Assembly: GCA_964636965.1 (NCBI GenBank)
Contig: CAZWST010000003.1
Coordinates: 900-64,899, forward strand
Source of the DNA: an uncultured Muribaculaceae bacterium
GTDB lineage: Bacteria > Bacillota_I > Bacilli_A > RF39 > UBA660
Direction of reading: 5' to 3'
DNA length: 64,000 nt
Positions 19,148 to 28,857 of the stretch are shown one piece after another. The stretch's first letter is position 1; each line of letters opens with the position of its first letter. The notes under the pieces are model-generated. The model was not told the origin of the DNA, did not search any database, and saw only the letters and a program-made list of their open reading frames with translations. Both the position numbers and the translations under genes were made by a program.

Positions 19148-20956
19148 ATGAAATTAAAAAATAAAAAGAAAGTCCTTTTATCTATACTTACTTTATCTTT
19201 AGCACTATCAAGCACAAGCTGCGGAAGTGATTATCAAAAGAATGCCGTCGAAGAAATAAACGAATTAATGGATGAAGATTTTTATAAAGAAGATAGATCA
19301 TTAGGAACGAATGAAGAATTTTATGGTACATTTTACAGAGTATATTTAAATAACTTTGTTGATTATATGTCTAAAAAGCAGTATAAAGAATTTAAAAATA
19401 TTGTATCAGATTATGAATTACTTGAAGAGTGTGACTATGAAAAAATAGCTGATAGGTTTACTTCAATATTATGTGAAGAAAATTCTAGAGGAATAGGGAT
19501 ATATGCTGCCTTTAATTCTGAACTTTTATATGAAGAATTAAATCAAGTAATAGTTTTACAAGATGAAGTTTATGAACGCATTTGTAATATAAAATTTCTA
19601 ATTGGTGATGATGATGCTTTTTATAAAGCATTGTTTTCTAAAGATATTGATGAATTAATTAAGTTGATATGTAAAAATACAGGATGTGAAGAAAAATTAG
19701 CTAATGTGTTGGTTTATTATTTTGATCAATATTATGAAGGAATTAAAACAGGTACTTTTAGCAAACCAAAAGATGAATTAGCTGAAAGTATTGACTATGT
19801 CATAGAAGATATAACAGAAGCAAAAATTGATACTGATGAAAACTTTAAAAGTATTTTCTACGGAAGAATGTTTATAAATAATAAAAGATATGAAGAACAA
19901 GTAAGGATAAAACCTAATCTTATAAAAGACAGTGCAACTATTTATATAGAGGATGATAGTTTAAGTCTTAAATTTGATTTTGACTCTTCATACCTTTATT
20001 CATGCTCTTTAGAACTATGGCAACTTAAAGTAATGCGTGCAAATGAATATATAAATGAAGCTTACAGTAACTACTACAGTGACTCATATGATTTACAAGG
20101 ACTATCTTTATTAAGTTTATTATTATCACAGGAATGTAACTTAGATAATACTACTAATGAAGATGATATAAGATGTGAAATATATGATGACTTATCAGAC
20201 TACTTTACCTCGCCTGAAGACTTTAATAACTTTATTATTAAATTATTTAGAAATGATAAAGAAGCATTAGATAGATACTTTGAAATATTTAAAAAAAGAA
20301 TTCAAGAAGATGGTATAGACGCTTATGATTTCATGCGTTATGCTTCATTAAGGAACCTTGTTAAAAATAAAGAAATTGTAACACTTTATTTACCAAATGA
20401 TAATACTTTTGAAAATCGTGAAAAAATAAAAAACATTCCTAAGGAAGAAGCACTAAATTATGCTGATGTAACAATTGAAAATTATTATTTCGATGTCGAC
20501 TATAATACCTACTTTCAAGAAATAGATGAAATTTTAAAAAATAATGATTTAGGTTTAACAAGAATAATAAATGATCAAGTATATTTTAATTGGTGGTATA
20601 AACCTCTATCAGTATCAGGGTATTCAGCTTATTCAACTCTAGTAAGTAAACCAGTAGAGATTAAAAATATGAAGTATAATGGTATTGATTTACTATATTT
20701 TGAAGCACCGAAGGGTTTTGAAAATGGTTATTTAGCAGAAGTATTTTATAACATTGAAGGGAATATTATAATACGTAAATTTGATGGATTAAATGCAGTA
20801 GTTAAGAATCCTGACACTAATGAAGATATGTACATTATCGCTGTTAGTTTAAATGATAATCGTGAAATTCCAAAAGAATTAATGTTTGTAAAAAGTTACT
20901 TAGATTATGATTATACTGAATATTTAAATCAAGACGCAAAAAAATTAACAAGATAA
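19148..20956 (+). CDS. Hypothetical secreted protein or lipoprotein (602 aa)
   Basis: N-terminal signal MKLKNKKKVLLSILTLSLALSSTSCGSD (weak lipobox ..TSC). No recognised catalytic motifs. Confidence 0.5.
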   Translation: MKLKNKKKVLLSILTLSLALSSTSCGSDYQKNAVEEINELMDEDFYKEDRSLGTNEEFYGTFYRVYLNNFVDYMSKKQYKEFKNIVSDYELLEECDYEKIADRFTSILCEENSRGIGIYAAFNSELLYEELNQVIVLQDEVYERICNIKFLIGDDDAFYKALFSKDIDELIKLICKNTGCEEKLANVLVYYFDQYYEGIKTGTFSKPKDELAESIDYVIEDITEAKIDTDENFKSIFYGRMFINNKRYEEQVRIKPNLIKDSATIYIEDDSLSLKFDFDSSYLYSCSLELWQLKVMRANEYINEAYSNYYSDSYDLQGLSLLSLLLSQECNLDNTTNEDDIRCEIYDDLSDYFTSPEDFNNFIIKLFRNDKEALDRYFEIFKKRIQEDGIDAYDFMRYASLRNLVKNKEIVTLYLPNDNTFENREKIKNIPKEEALNYADVTIENYYFDVDYNTYFQEIDEILKNNDLGLTRIINDQVYFNWWYKPLSVSGYSAYSTLVSKPVEIKNMKYNGIDLLYFEAPKGFENGYLAEVFYNIEGNIIIRKFDGLNAVVKNPDTNEDMYIIAVSLNDNREIPKELMFVKSYLDYDYTEYLNQDAKKLTR

Positions 20957-20959
20957 TTA

Positions 20960-21005
20960 AAAGAACATATAAGATATAAATATATCTTTAAGATATGTTC
21001 TTTTT
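20960..21005 (+). terminator. Rho-independent terminator (long imperfect hairpin plus T7)
   Basis: AAGAACATATAAGATATA ... ATATCTTTAAGATATGTTCT followed by TTTTTTT. The track ORF start ATG 20995 lies inside this hairpin. Confidence 0.7.
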
Positions 21006-21060
21006 TTGTTATAATCTTTTTAGGTGGTATCTCTTGAGCAAGTTAAGTAATATAATCACA

Positions 21061-21615
21061 ATGATTGATTTATTAAATACAGGTAAAAAATACTCAGTAA
21101 ATGAACTAGCAGATATTCTTGAAGTTACACCAAGGATGATTAGAACTTATAAAGAAGATTTAGAAAAGTGTGGATTCTATATTGACACAGTTTATGGACC
21201 GTTTGGAGGCTATGTTCTAAATAGAAAAGTTAAATTGCCGCAAAGGAAATTTAAAAAAGATGATTATGACTTTTTAATTAACTTGAATGTTTCAAAAGAA
21301 GATAAAATAAGACTAGAAGGTATTGCCGATAAAATAAGAGGTTTATCAGTTGAAACTGATGAAGTACTTATAACTGATGAAATAAGAAATCTTTATAATA
21401 GTTTAACTCGTGCTATTAAAGATGGAAAAAAGGTAAGTATATCTTATAAATCATTTACTAAGGGATTAACTAAAAGAATAATACATCCCTTTGATATGTT
21501 TTATACATCAAATGGCTGGGCAGTATCAGCTTACTGTGAATTAAGATGTGATTTAAGATTATTTGAACTTAATCGTATTGAAGAGTTAAATGTTTTAGAT
21601 GAAAGTTTTGAATAG
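21061..21615 (+). CDS. HTH plus WYL-domain transcriptional regulator (short form)
   Basis: HTH region YSVNELADILEVTPRMIRTYKEDLEKCGFYI. C-terminal WYL-like HPFDMFYTSNGWAVSAYCELRCDLRLFELNRI. Possible alternative TTG start at 21036 with RBS AGGTGG. Extended -10 TGTTATAAT at ~21005-21013. Confidence 0.6.
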   Translation: MIDLLNTGKKYSVNELADILEVTPRMIRTYKEDLEKCGFYIDTVYGPFGGYVLNRKVKLPQRKFKKDDYDFLINLNVSKEDKIRLEGIADKIRGLSVETDEVLITDEIRNLYNSLTRAIKDGKKVSISYKSFTKGLTKRIIHPFDMFYTSNGWAVSAYCELRCDLRLFELNRIEELNVLDESFE

Positions 21616-21625
21616 GAGTGAATTT

Positions 21626-22870
21626 ATGAAAAGAATTAAATTATCAACAGATGCACATGTTATAAAAACAAATAAGATAGATACATTAGCGTTTAGATTA
21701 GTATATCCAATAAAACACAATAATGATAATGTCCATTATATTAAATTACTGGATTTATTCCTTAGTACATCAAGTAAAAAATATAAAGAAAGGAAAGATT
21801 TTAACAAAGCAATGTTAAAACATACTATTTTAGATATTGGATTAAGAAGTCTAAATATCGTTAATAATACATATTTAATTTTCTGCTTTGAAGTACCTCG
21901 TGAAAATTTAATTAAGAATTTTAATTTAGAGTCATCTTTTAAATTTGCAATAGATGCTTTATTAAAACCAAACCTAGATGGGTATTCTTTCAATGAAGAA
22001 AAGTTTAATTATGAAAAGGAATTTTTATATAGTAACTATAAAAGATCCCTTGATAATATTTATTCCGCTAATTCAAATCAATTCTATGACTTCATTGATC
22101 CTGAAGGAAAACTAGGGAATTCTTATGAACGTACTGGAGAAGTATTAAAAAGTATTACACCATCAAGTCTTTATGAATTTTATAAAAAAAATATTTTAGA
22201 AAATAATTTTATTCCATATGTTTATGGTAATATCTCGCCATCTAAAGTAAAAAGCTTATTTAAAAAGTATATTCCACAAGATAAGAAAGAAATATCATTT
22301 ACTATTGACTACTTTGAAGCTTTAAAAATGAAAAATAATACTTATCAAGAAGTAAGTACTAAATATAATCAATCAGAATTATTTTTGGAATACCAAGTAG
22401 ATATGAAAGAACCAGATACTAAATATTTATCAACATTAATTAATATCTTAACTGGTGCTGAAAATAATTTAATATTTGAAGCTTTAAGAATCAAAAACAA
22501 TTTAGTGTATGATGTAAGAGTTACTTCATTTTCATCACGTGCAATGTTTGTAATAGTTGCATTTATTCCTCGTGATAAGTACAAAGACACTAAGCGTATT
22601 ATTAAATCCGTATTTAAAAGTCTTAAAGATGAAGAGTATTTAACTAATTGTTTAAATAAATTAATTAAAGGATTAGAAGTTGACTTACTTAAGGAAAATG
22701 ACAGTCAAGGAAAACTTCTAAATGATGCGATTAATAAAGATCTAAATATACGTACAACTGAAGAATTACTTGAAAGGACTAAATCTGTTAAGCCAAAAAA
22801 ATTAATTGAATTTATAGATAGACTAGAACTAACTAATGAAATGTTCTTTAAGGGGGATGCAAATGAGTAA
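21626..22870 (+). CDS. M16-family peptidase-like protein, non-catalytic partner (no HxxEH)
   Basis: 415 aa. Overlaps and co-directional with the downstream active M16 peptidase. No inverted zinc-binding HxxEH motif is present. RBS GGAG before ATG 21626. Confidence 0.55.
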   Translation: MKRIKLSTDAHVIKTNKIDTLAFRLVYPIKHNNDNVHYIKLLDLFLSTSSKKYKERKDFNKAMLKHTILDIGLRSLNIVNNTYLIFCFEVPRENLIKNFNLESSFKFAIDALLKPNLDGYSFNEEKFNYEKEFLYSNYKRSLDNIYSANSNQFYDFIDPEGKLGNSYERTGEVLKSITPSSLYEFYKKNILENNFIPYVYGNISPSKVKSLFKKYIPQDKKEISFTIDYFEALKMKNNTYQEVSTKYNQSELFLEYQVDMKEPDTKYLSTLINILTGAENNLIFEALRIKNNLVYDVRVTSFSSRAMFVIVAFIPRDKYKDTKRIIKSVFKSLKDEEYLTNCLNKLIKGLEVDLLKENDSQGKLLNDAINKDLNIRTTEELLERTKSVKPKKLIEFIDRLELTNEMFFKGDANE

Positions 22871-24104
22871 ATATAGTACAACTACCTTAGCAAACGGAGT
22901 AAGACTAGTTCTTGCTGAAAATAAAGATAAAAATCAAACTTATGCTGAAGTAATAGTTTCATTTGGTGGTGGAGTAGAGAAGTATAAATATAACAACAAG
23001 AAAAAGAGAATAACTCCTGGATTAGCCCATTTAATGGAACATTATATTGTTGAAAATAATATTAACGGAAGTATGTTTGAATATTTAAAAGAAGAATATG
23101 TAGATTTTAATGCAACAACAAGCGGATATAAAACATCATTTTTTATTAACACTGTTTATGACTTTGAACGTCACTTAGAAGAATTAATCAGGACAGTTAA
23201 CATTCCAATATTTGATGAAGAAAAATTGGAAATTACTAAAAAACCAATAATAGAAGAAATAAAGAGAACTAAGGATCGTCCATATTCTAAATTTAATAAA
23301 AAGATGAATGAATGTTCATATTACTATATGAAAAATCGAGAGACAACTGGAGATGAACCAGATGTTCAAAGCATAAAGATAAATGATTTAAAGGAAATAC
23401 ATGATTTATTCTATCAACCAAAAAATCAAACAATCTTTATAGCAGGTAATTTCGATTCTAAAAAAATAATTAAATTAATTGAAAAAGTATATGCCAACAT
23501 AAATCACCCTTCTTTCGATTATGAAGTGCTTGATAAAAAAGAAATAGCAAAAGTTAAACATAAGAAAGGACATGTAATTGATCCAGATGTTGATGAATTA
23601 ATTAATATATCATTTAAGGTAGATTTAAGTAACCTAACTCCAAAAGAAAGAGTCAAATCAACATTTTATTTATCTCACTTTTTACAATATAACTTTAATG
23701 ATTCATCTAATGCTTACATTACTTTATCTAAAAATAAAGATACAGTTTATAGCATATCGACTGGAACATCTTATTTTGTAAAAGATCTATGTTTTATTGA
23801 TGTCGGAATGTATGGAACAAACTTAAAAAGATTTAAGAATATCGTCTTTGATGTAATAAAGAATAAATATGTTGATAAAGAAATGTTTGAATTATGGAAA
23901 AAAGAGACTTTAATAAATATAATTGTAAGAGATGGAAGAGTATATTCATCAGGCCGAGCATTCTTAGATAATATTTTAACATTTGATTATTTAGATATAG
24001 ATAAAATATCTGATATCGAAGAATTCTCTTTAAATGACTATAAAGAATTTTTAAATAAGTTAGATTTTAAAAACTATTCAATAGTAAGACAAACTAAAAA
24101 GTAA
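22863..24104 (+). CDS. M16 (pitrilysin/insulinase) family zinc peptidase, catalytic subunit
   Basis: Inverted zinc motif HLMEH (GLAHLMEHYIVEN) near the N-terminus. 413 aa. RBS AAGGGGGA. 8-nt overlap with the upstream partner gene. Confidence 0.75.
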   Translation: MSKYSTTTLANGVRLVLAENKDKNQTYAEVIVSFGGGVEKYKYNNKKKRITPGLAHLMEHYIVENNINGSMFEYLKEEYVDFNATTSGYKTSFFINTVYDFERHLEELIRTVNIPIFDEEKLEITKKPIIEEIKRTKDRPYSKFNKKMNECSYYYMKNRETTGDEPDVQSIKINDLKEIHDLFYQPKNQTIFIAGNFDSKKIIKLIEKVYANINHPSFDYEVLDKKEIAKVKHKKGHVIDPDVDELINISFKVDLSNLTPKERVKSTFYLSHFLQYNFNDSSNAYITLSKNKDTVYSISTGTSYFVKDLCFIDVGMYGTNLKRFKNIVFDVIKNKYVDKEMFELWKKETLINIIVRDGRVYSSGRAFLDNILTFDYLDIDKISDIEEFSLNDYKEFLNKLDFKNYSIVRQTKK

Positions 24105-24127
24105 AGATGTAATCTTTACTTTTTATA
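24097..24127. terminator. Bidirectional terminator between convergent genes
   Basis: AAAAAGTAAAGAT gtaa TCTTTACTTTTT, a palindromic hairpin flanked by A and T runs. Confidence 0.7.
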
Positions 24128-25046
24128 TTTTATTTTTAGGTATATATATTAGTCTTTCCATTTCTTTATAATCTTTTTTCTCTAGATTCTCTTTTGATAT
24201 ACCAAAAGCAACTAATTCTGCAAACTGTTGTTGTTGATCACTAAACTTACTTGGTCTTTTCTTTACTATAAATCTTATCTTATTGTTAAAAACTGCCAAT
24301 CTACTATCAGTAATTCTTGATTTTAAGAAATATAAGTATTCGGCTATATCTTGAATATATCTTTTAACTATTACGACCTTTTCTTTATGACTCATAAGAA
24401 TATTATCTAAAGAGATATTATTATCTTCACTTAAAACATGATATAAGTAATCTTTCATATACATGTATGCATTATATGTTCCTTCATATAAAACTTTGTT
24501 TTCTTCACGACTAAAGAAAGAATCAAGGCCTCTAAAATATTGAGTTTCCTCTTTAGCTTTTTTTATTAATTCTTGTTTATTAATCTCTTCGAATATTTTA
24601 AATTCTTCACTATAATTTGGTTCTCTTAAATACCCCTTAACTGGGACACAATCAAAACACATATTACGATATTTCCAATATCTATTTATGCCATATTCAG
24701 CTAATAATTCTTTTACATTTGGATATCCATATACTAAACTCATTTCATTTATATCAGAGATACTTGATTGATAGCCAGCATTGTTTCCAAAACCAGTACA
24801 AGCTAAATCGTAGAAGAATTTTAAATCAGATATTTTTAAATTATTTATTAATCTTTTATAATCATCATCAAGTTCAGGAGTAATATATGTAGTTCTATCA
24901 CTACTATATAGTTCTCTTGAAAAATCATCTTTATTGCTACCTAAAACAACCTCAATATTATCCTTTAATAATTCATCAGTTGTGACTTCTTTAAGCGCTA
25001 TTAATTCCTCTATACTCATGGTCTTTAAAAAATCATATTTTTTCAT
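24123..25046 (-). CDS. Hypothetical protein (307 aa)
   Basis: Long minus-strand ORF MKKYDFLKTMSIEELIALKE... with an upstream RBS (GGGGGATTTTTT ATG in reverse complement). No recognised motifs. Confidence 0.5.
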   Translation of the reverse strand: MKKYDFLKTMSIEELIALKEVTTDELLKDNIEVVLGSNKDDFSRELYSSDRTTYITPELDDDYKRLINNLKISDLKFFYDLACTGFGNNAGYQSSISDINEMSLVYGYPNVKELLAEYGINRYWKYRNMCFDCVPVKGYLREPNYSEEFKIFEEINKQELIKKAKEETQYFRGLDSFFSREENKVLYEGTYNAYMYMKDYLYHVLSEDNNISLDNILMSHKEKVVIVKRYIQDIAEYLYFLKSRITDSRLAVFNNKIRFIVKKRPSKFSDQQQQFAELVAFGISKENLEKKDYKEMERLIYIPKNKI

Positions 25047-25165
25047 AAAAAATCCCCCAATAAATTGATTAGTATTATATTTTCTTTTTTATAATTTGTC
25101 AATTAATCCATATAGACGAAATACTTCCTATATATGTAGTAGACTAAAATAAAGGAGTGATAATT

Positions 25166-26074
25166 ATGAATTTAGAAGAATTAAAAAAAATAATTATATC
25201 ATCTACATCTAATATAGATCATATAATTAATGAATTAGAAGAAATTAAAGAAAATACAATTATTGTTGCATCAGGTGGAAGTATGGTTGTAGCATGTTTT
25301 TTAAAAAATATATTAGAAAATAAGAATAATATAATAGCTGAAGTAGTCGATCCAAGAGATTTACATTATAAAAATTTAAATAAGTTCTCCAATATATTTA
25401 TTATATCTTATAGTGGGTCGAACTTTGGAGTAAAAGCATCATTTATAAAAAATAAAAAAATCTACTTATTATCAAGTAGAAAATCAAAAATAGAAAATGA
25501 AGTATTACTTCATTATGAATTAGAGAATAATAATAGTTTTATATCTTTAGAAACAACAACTGTTCCTTTATCTATATTATTAAAATATTATTTAAAAGAA
25601 AAATTTGCTATAATATTAAATGAAGTATTTGATTATATTGATGCAAAAATGTTTTTAGATATTAGTGGTGAATATTTAAATATATTTTCTGGAAGCGATA
25701 CAATCGCAGCAGAAGAGTTTTTAACTTCAACATTAACTGAAGCTAATCTAACTATACCATTAGTTCATAAAAAATATTCATACTGCCATGGAAGAAGTAC
25801 AGTTAATATAAATCATTCTGCATCAGCAATTTATTTAGGCTACAACGATACAGATTTAGATAAAAAACTAGTTGAAGTATTAAAACTTAGCTGTATAAAT
25901 AATTTAGTTATCAATTCAAAATTTAATGATAGAATAGTAAATGATTATTATTTTTGCTTGCAATGTATGATATTATTAATTAATATTGCTACATCAAAAA
26001 AAATTAATTTAAGAAAAATAAAATATGATCGAGAAGCAGTTAGTAGATTATATCATTTTAAAGGGAGTATGTAA
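25166..26074 (+). CDS. Hypothetical protein with a possible SIS-like (sugar phosphate-binding) fold; weak
   Basis: RBS AAAGGAG. IIVASGGSMVVACFLKNIL resembles the SIS-domain Gly-rich loop. Immediately followed (1-nt gap) by a PfkB kinase gene. Confidence 0.4.
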   Translation: MNLEELKKIIISSTSNIDHIINELEEIKENTIIVASGGSMVVACFLKNILENKNNIIAEVVDPRDLHYKNLNKFSNIFIISYSGSNFGVKASFIKNKKIYLLSSRKSKIENEVLLHYELENNNSFISLETTTVPLSILLKYYLKEKFAIILNEVFDYIDAKMFLDISGEYLNIFSGSDTIAAEEFLTSTLTEANLTIPLVHKKYSYCHGRSTVNINHSASAIYLGYNDTDLDKKLVEVLKLSCINNLVINSKFNDRIVNDYYFCLQCMILLINIATSKKINLRKIKYDREAVSRLYHFKGSM

Positions 26075-26075
26075 T

Positions 26076-26984
26076 ATGCGTTTTATATCTTTTGGAGATT
26101 TATATGTTGATTATTATATGAATAATGGTTTAGTAATTGGTATAAATGGTGGTAAAACTAATGCTAATATAATAGCTAATCTTTCTAAATATTATGATAC
26201 TTCTTTTTTTGGAGTTGCTGGATCGGATATTCAAGGGGATGTTGCAATCTCTTCACTTAGTAAATTAGGAGTAGATGTAACTAATATTAAAAGAGTAGAC
26301 AAAAGAACTAAAAAGTACTTTATAAGTAATAAGGAAGTATCAGCAACATGTCCAGTATGCGGAAGAAATATATCTTATAAAAACCCTTTATATGATCCAG
26401 AAGAGGTTAAAACTTTAATTAAAGAAGATGATTTAATAATTGTTGATAATTTAAACAAAGGTGTTATTGATGTTCTTAATAGTGTACCTAATAAAGCATT
26501 TTTAGATTTAGGATGTTTAGGTTCACTTTTATACTTAAGTTTAGATGAAATACTTGACTTACTTAAAGATAGATTTGAAATTATCAACATGAATGAAAAA
26601 GTTTATAATGTCTTAAGAAACAAATTTAAATTAGATTTAGTAGATTTCTATGAATTAATAAATCCTCATATGTTAATCATTACAAGGGGTAAAAAGGGCT
26701 CATTTATTGTCTATAACAGTGAAGTTTATGAAAAAGAGATAGAAGAACCTGCGAGTGAAGTAGATGCATCAGGTGCAGGTGATGCTTTCTTTTCTGAATT
26801 TATTAGAACCATAGTTGATGCAAACTTTGAGATTAATGAAAAAGTAATTTCCCTAGCTTATATGAGAGCCTCTTCCATATCAAGATTTGTTGTTATGAAT
26901 TATGGAGCACGAACTCATCTTGAACCATTAATAAAGATTAAAGACTATCGTGAGTGTGTTTGTGATTCTATTGAAATAGATTAA
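26076..26984 (+). CDS. PfkB/ribokinase-family carbohydrate kinase
   Basis: PfkB signature 1-like GINGGKTNANIIA and signature 2 DASGAGDAFFSEFI. Internal CPVCGRN insertion. RBS AAGGGAG. The track ORF begins upstream at 26025, but ATG 26076 has the RBS. Confidence 0.7.
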   Translation: MRFISFGDLYVDYYMNNGLVIGINGGKTNANIIANLSKYYDTSFFGVAGSDIQGDVAISSLSKLGVDVTNIKRVDKRTKKYFISNKEVSATCPVCGRNISYKNPLYDPEEVKTLIKEDDLIIVDNLNKGVIDVLNSVPNKAFLDLGCLGSLLYLSLDEILDLLKDRFEIINMNEKVYNVLRNKFKLDLVDFYELINPHMLIITRGKKGSFIVYNSEVYEKEIEEPASEVDASGAGDAFFSEFIRTIVDANFEINEKVISLAYMRASSISRFVVMNYGARTHLEPLIKIKDYRECVCDSIEID

Positions 26985-27049
26985 TTATCTAGACTTTCTA
27001 CGTTTAACTATTGTATAATAAAAGAACAAGATGAGTAGGATGTGTATAT

Positions 27050-28606
27050 ATGAAAGAATTACTTAAGAATACTAATAAAAGTGAATGGATATTAACTGGC
27101 TTATACAAAGTTTCAATATATATATGTTGGTTTCTTTTCGCAGTTTCCTTTAACGTTTTCTTAAAAGATTCCATTGATGATGTAAAACTAATACTACTTG
27201 TATTATCATTAATAGTTCTTTATGGTATAAGAGTATTTTTAAAAAATGTTTATAAAAAAAATGCCTCAAATAGTTATTATAATCTTAAACATTCAATCGA
27301 GATGCATTACTTTAAAAAAATAAATAATTTAAGTTATGATGATTTAGAAAAGATTAATAAAGAAGATTTATCTAAAAAAATCTTAGAAGTATCATATAAT
27401 TATTCTAAAATTATATCGGATATATTTGAATATATCATTCCAGCTTTACTAGGTTTATTTATTCTATTTATAAAGTTACTTGATTTAAATAAATTATTTG
27501 GAATAATAATATTTTTATCTTTAGTTGGTGTACTTATTTTTTCCTATTTTAATACTCAAGAAGATGAAGAGACACCTCCAAATTATAATGATTTATTAAA
27601 AGAGTTTGTTGAAAAAATAATGTCAATTAGAAAACTAAATATATTTTCTTACTGTGTAGAAAAGTTAGATAATACAAAAGAAAATGATATATGTATTTTG
27701 AAAAAAGGTGACACCTCAAGTGATTTAAAATTTACTAATTCAATATTTGTTATTATGAGTATTATTTTAATTTCGTCATTTATATTTGTTCATAACACGA
27801 TTACAAGATTGGGGCTTATTATCTTCTTTATTATTATATTATTAAAATTACAAGATTTACTTTACAAGATAAACCCAGCGATAAAGAATATGTTTGCATC
27901 ATCTAGAAATAAAGTAATACTAGATAGCATGTTTAACAATACTTATGAACCTAAAATTAATACTAATTGGAAAAAGATTAATATAAAAAATGGAGTAGTA
28001 AATTATAATGATACAACCGAAGATATTAAAATACCTTCGTTTGAATTAATAAAAAAAGATCACATAAGCATAATGGGAGCCTCTGGTCAAGGTAAATCTA
28101 CTGTCTTAAATATCTTAAGTGGAATATTTAAACTAGATGAAGGGGATATATTATTTGATGGTAATTGCACAAATGAAATAGTCGATGCATATTATTCAAG
28201 CGATGCTACAGTTTTTAGTGTTACATTAAGAGATAATTTAAAGTTCTCAAATGAAATAACCGATGAAGAATTAATTGATTTAATGGATGAAGTAGGTTTA
28301 ACCGAATGGTACACTAAATTAGAATTTGGACTTGATGAGATACTTTCATCAAATGTAGAAAAAGATATTAGAGAAAAGATTAATATTGTAAGAGCAATAG
28401 TGAGTGATAAAGATGTTTATTTCTTTGATGATCCAACGGAGTCTTTAGATACAGACTCAGAAAAGAAAGTAGCTAATATATTAAAGAAATACTTTAAAGA
28501 TAAAACATATATATTAATATCTAAAAAAACTATTTTAACTAATTTATGTAAAAAACATTATTTCATAAAAAATCATACATTATTAGAAAAAGAACCTTTA
28601 CTTTAG
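27050..28606 (+). CDS. ABC transporter, fused permease/ATP-binding protein (exporter type) with a degenerate signature and H-loop
   Basis: N-terminal ~300 aa with multiple TM helices. Walker A GASGQGKST, Walker B VYFFDDPTESLD. The LSGGQ signature is replaced by LSSNVEKDIREKINIVRAI. No His in the H-loop region (YILISKK). Confidence 0.7.
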   Translation: MKELLKNTNKSEWILTGLYKVSIYICWFLFAVSFNVFLKDSIDDVKLILLVLSLIVLYGIRVFLKNVYKKNASNSYYNLKHSIEMHYFKKINNLSYDDLEKINKEDLSKKILEVSYNYSKIISDIFEYIIPALLGLFILFIKLLDLNKLFGIIIFLSLVGVLIFSYFNTQEDEETPPNYNDLLKEFVEKIMSIRKLNIFSYCVEKLDNTKENDICILKKGDTSSDLKFTNSIFVIMSIILISSFIFVHNTITRLGLIIFFIIILLKLQDLLYKINPAIKNMFASSRNKVILDSMFNNTYEPKINTNWKKINIKNGVVNYNDTTEDIKIPSFELIKKDHISIMGASGQGKSTVLNILSGIFKLDEGDILFDGNCTNEIVDAYYSSDATVFSVTLRDNLKFSNEITDEELIDLMDEVGLTEWYTKLEFGLDEILSSNVEKDIREKINIVRAIVSDKDVYFFDDPTESLDTDSEKKVANILKKYFKDKTYILISKKTILTNLCKKHYFIKNHTLLEKEPLL

Positions 28607-28857
28607 TGTGACTTCTAAAGTCCGTTACAAAAAATTCCTATATTGCTATAATCAATTGGGAAGTAGGTGAAATAATAAACCCCACAAACAAAATAAAATA
28701 TTTTTTGACTGCTAATAATTGTGGGTATAACACGAACAATCGTGTTTTTTTAATGCCTAAAAGCGTATTTTGTAAATTTTTTAATATATTTAATAAAATA
28801 TCTATGCTAATTTACTAAATAACTGGTATAATAAAAATAGTAAGAGTAGGTGTAAGA

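Noticed and set aside
20995-21060. Track ORF start ATG 20995 for the WYL regulator
   Set aside because: This ATG lies inside the upstream terminator hairpin and upstream of the extended -10. The real start is more likely ATG 21061, or TTG 21036 with an RBS.
28607-28857. Possible small RNA or precursor peptide between the ABC transporter and the DUF285 gene
   Set aside because: The 21-codon ORF (MPKSVFCKFFNIFNKISMLIY) has no RBS. The hairpins (CCCACAA/TTGTGGG; ACACGA/TCGTGT plus T-run) look like a terminator plus promoter elements. There is not enough evidence for an ncRNA.
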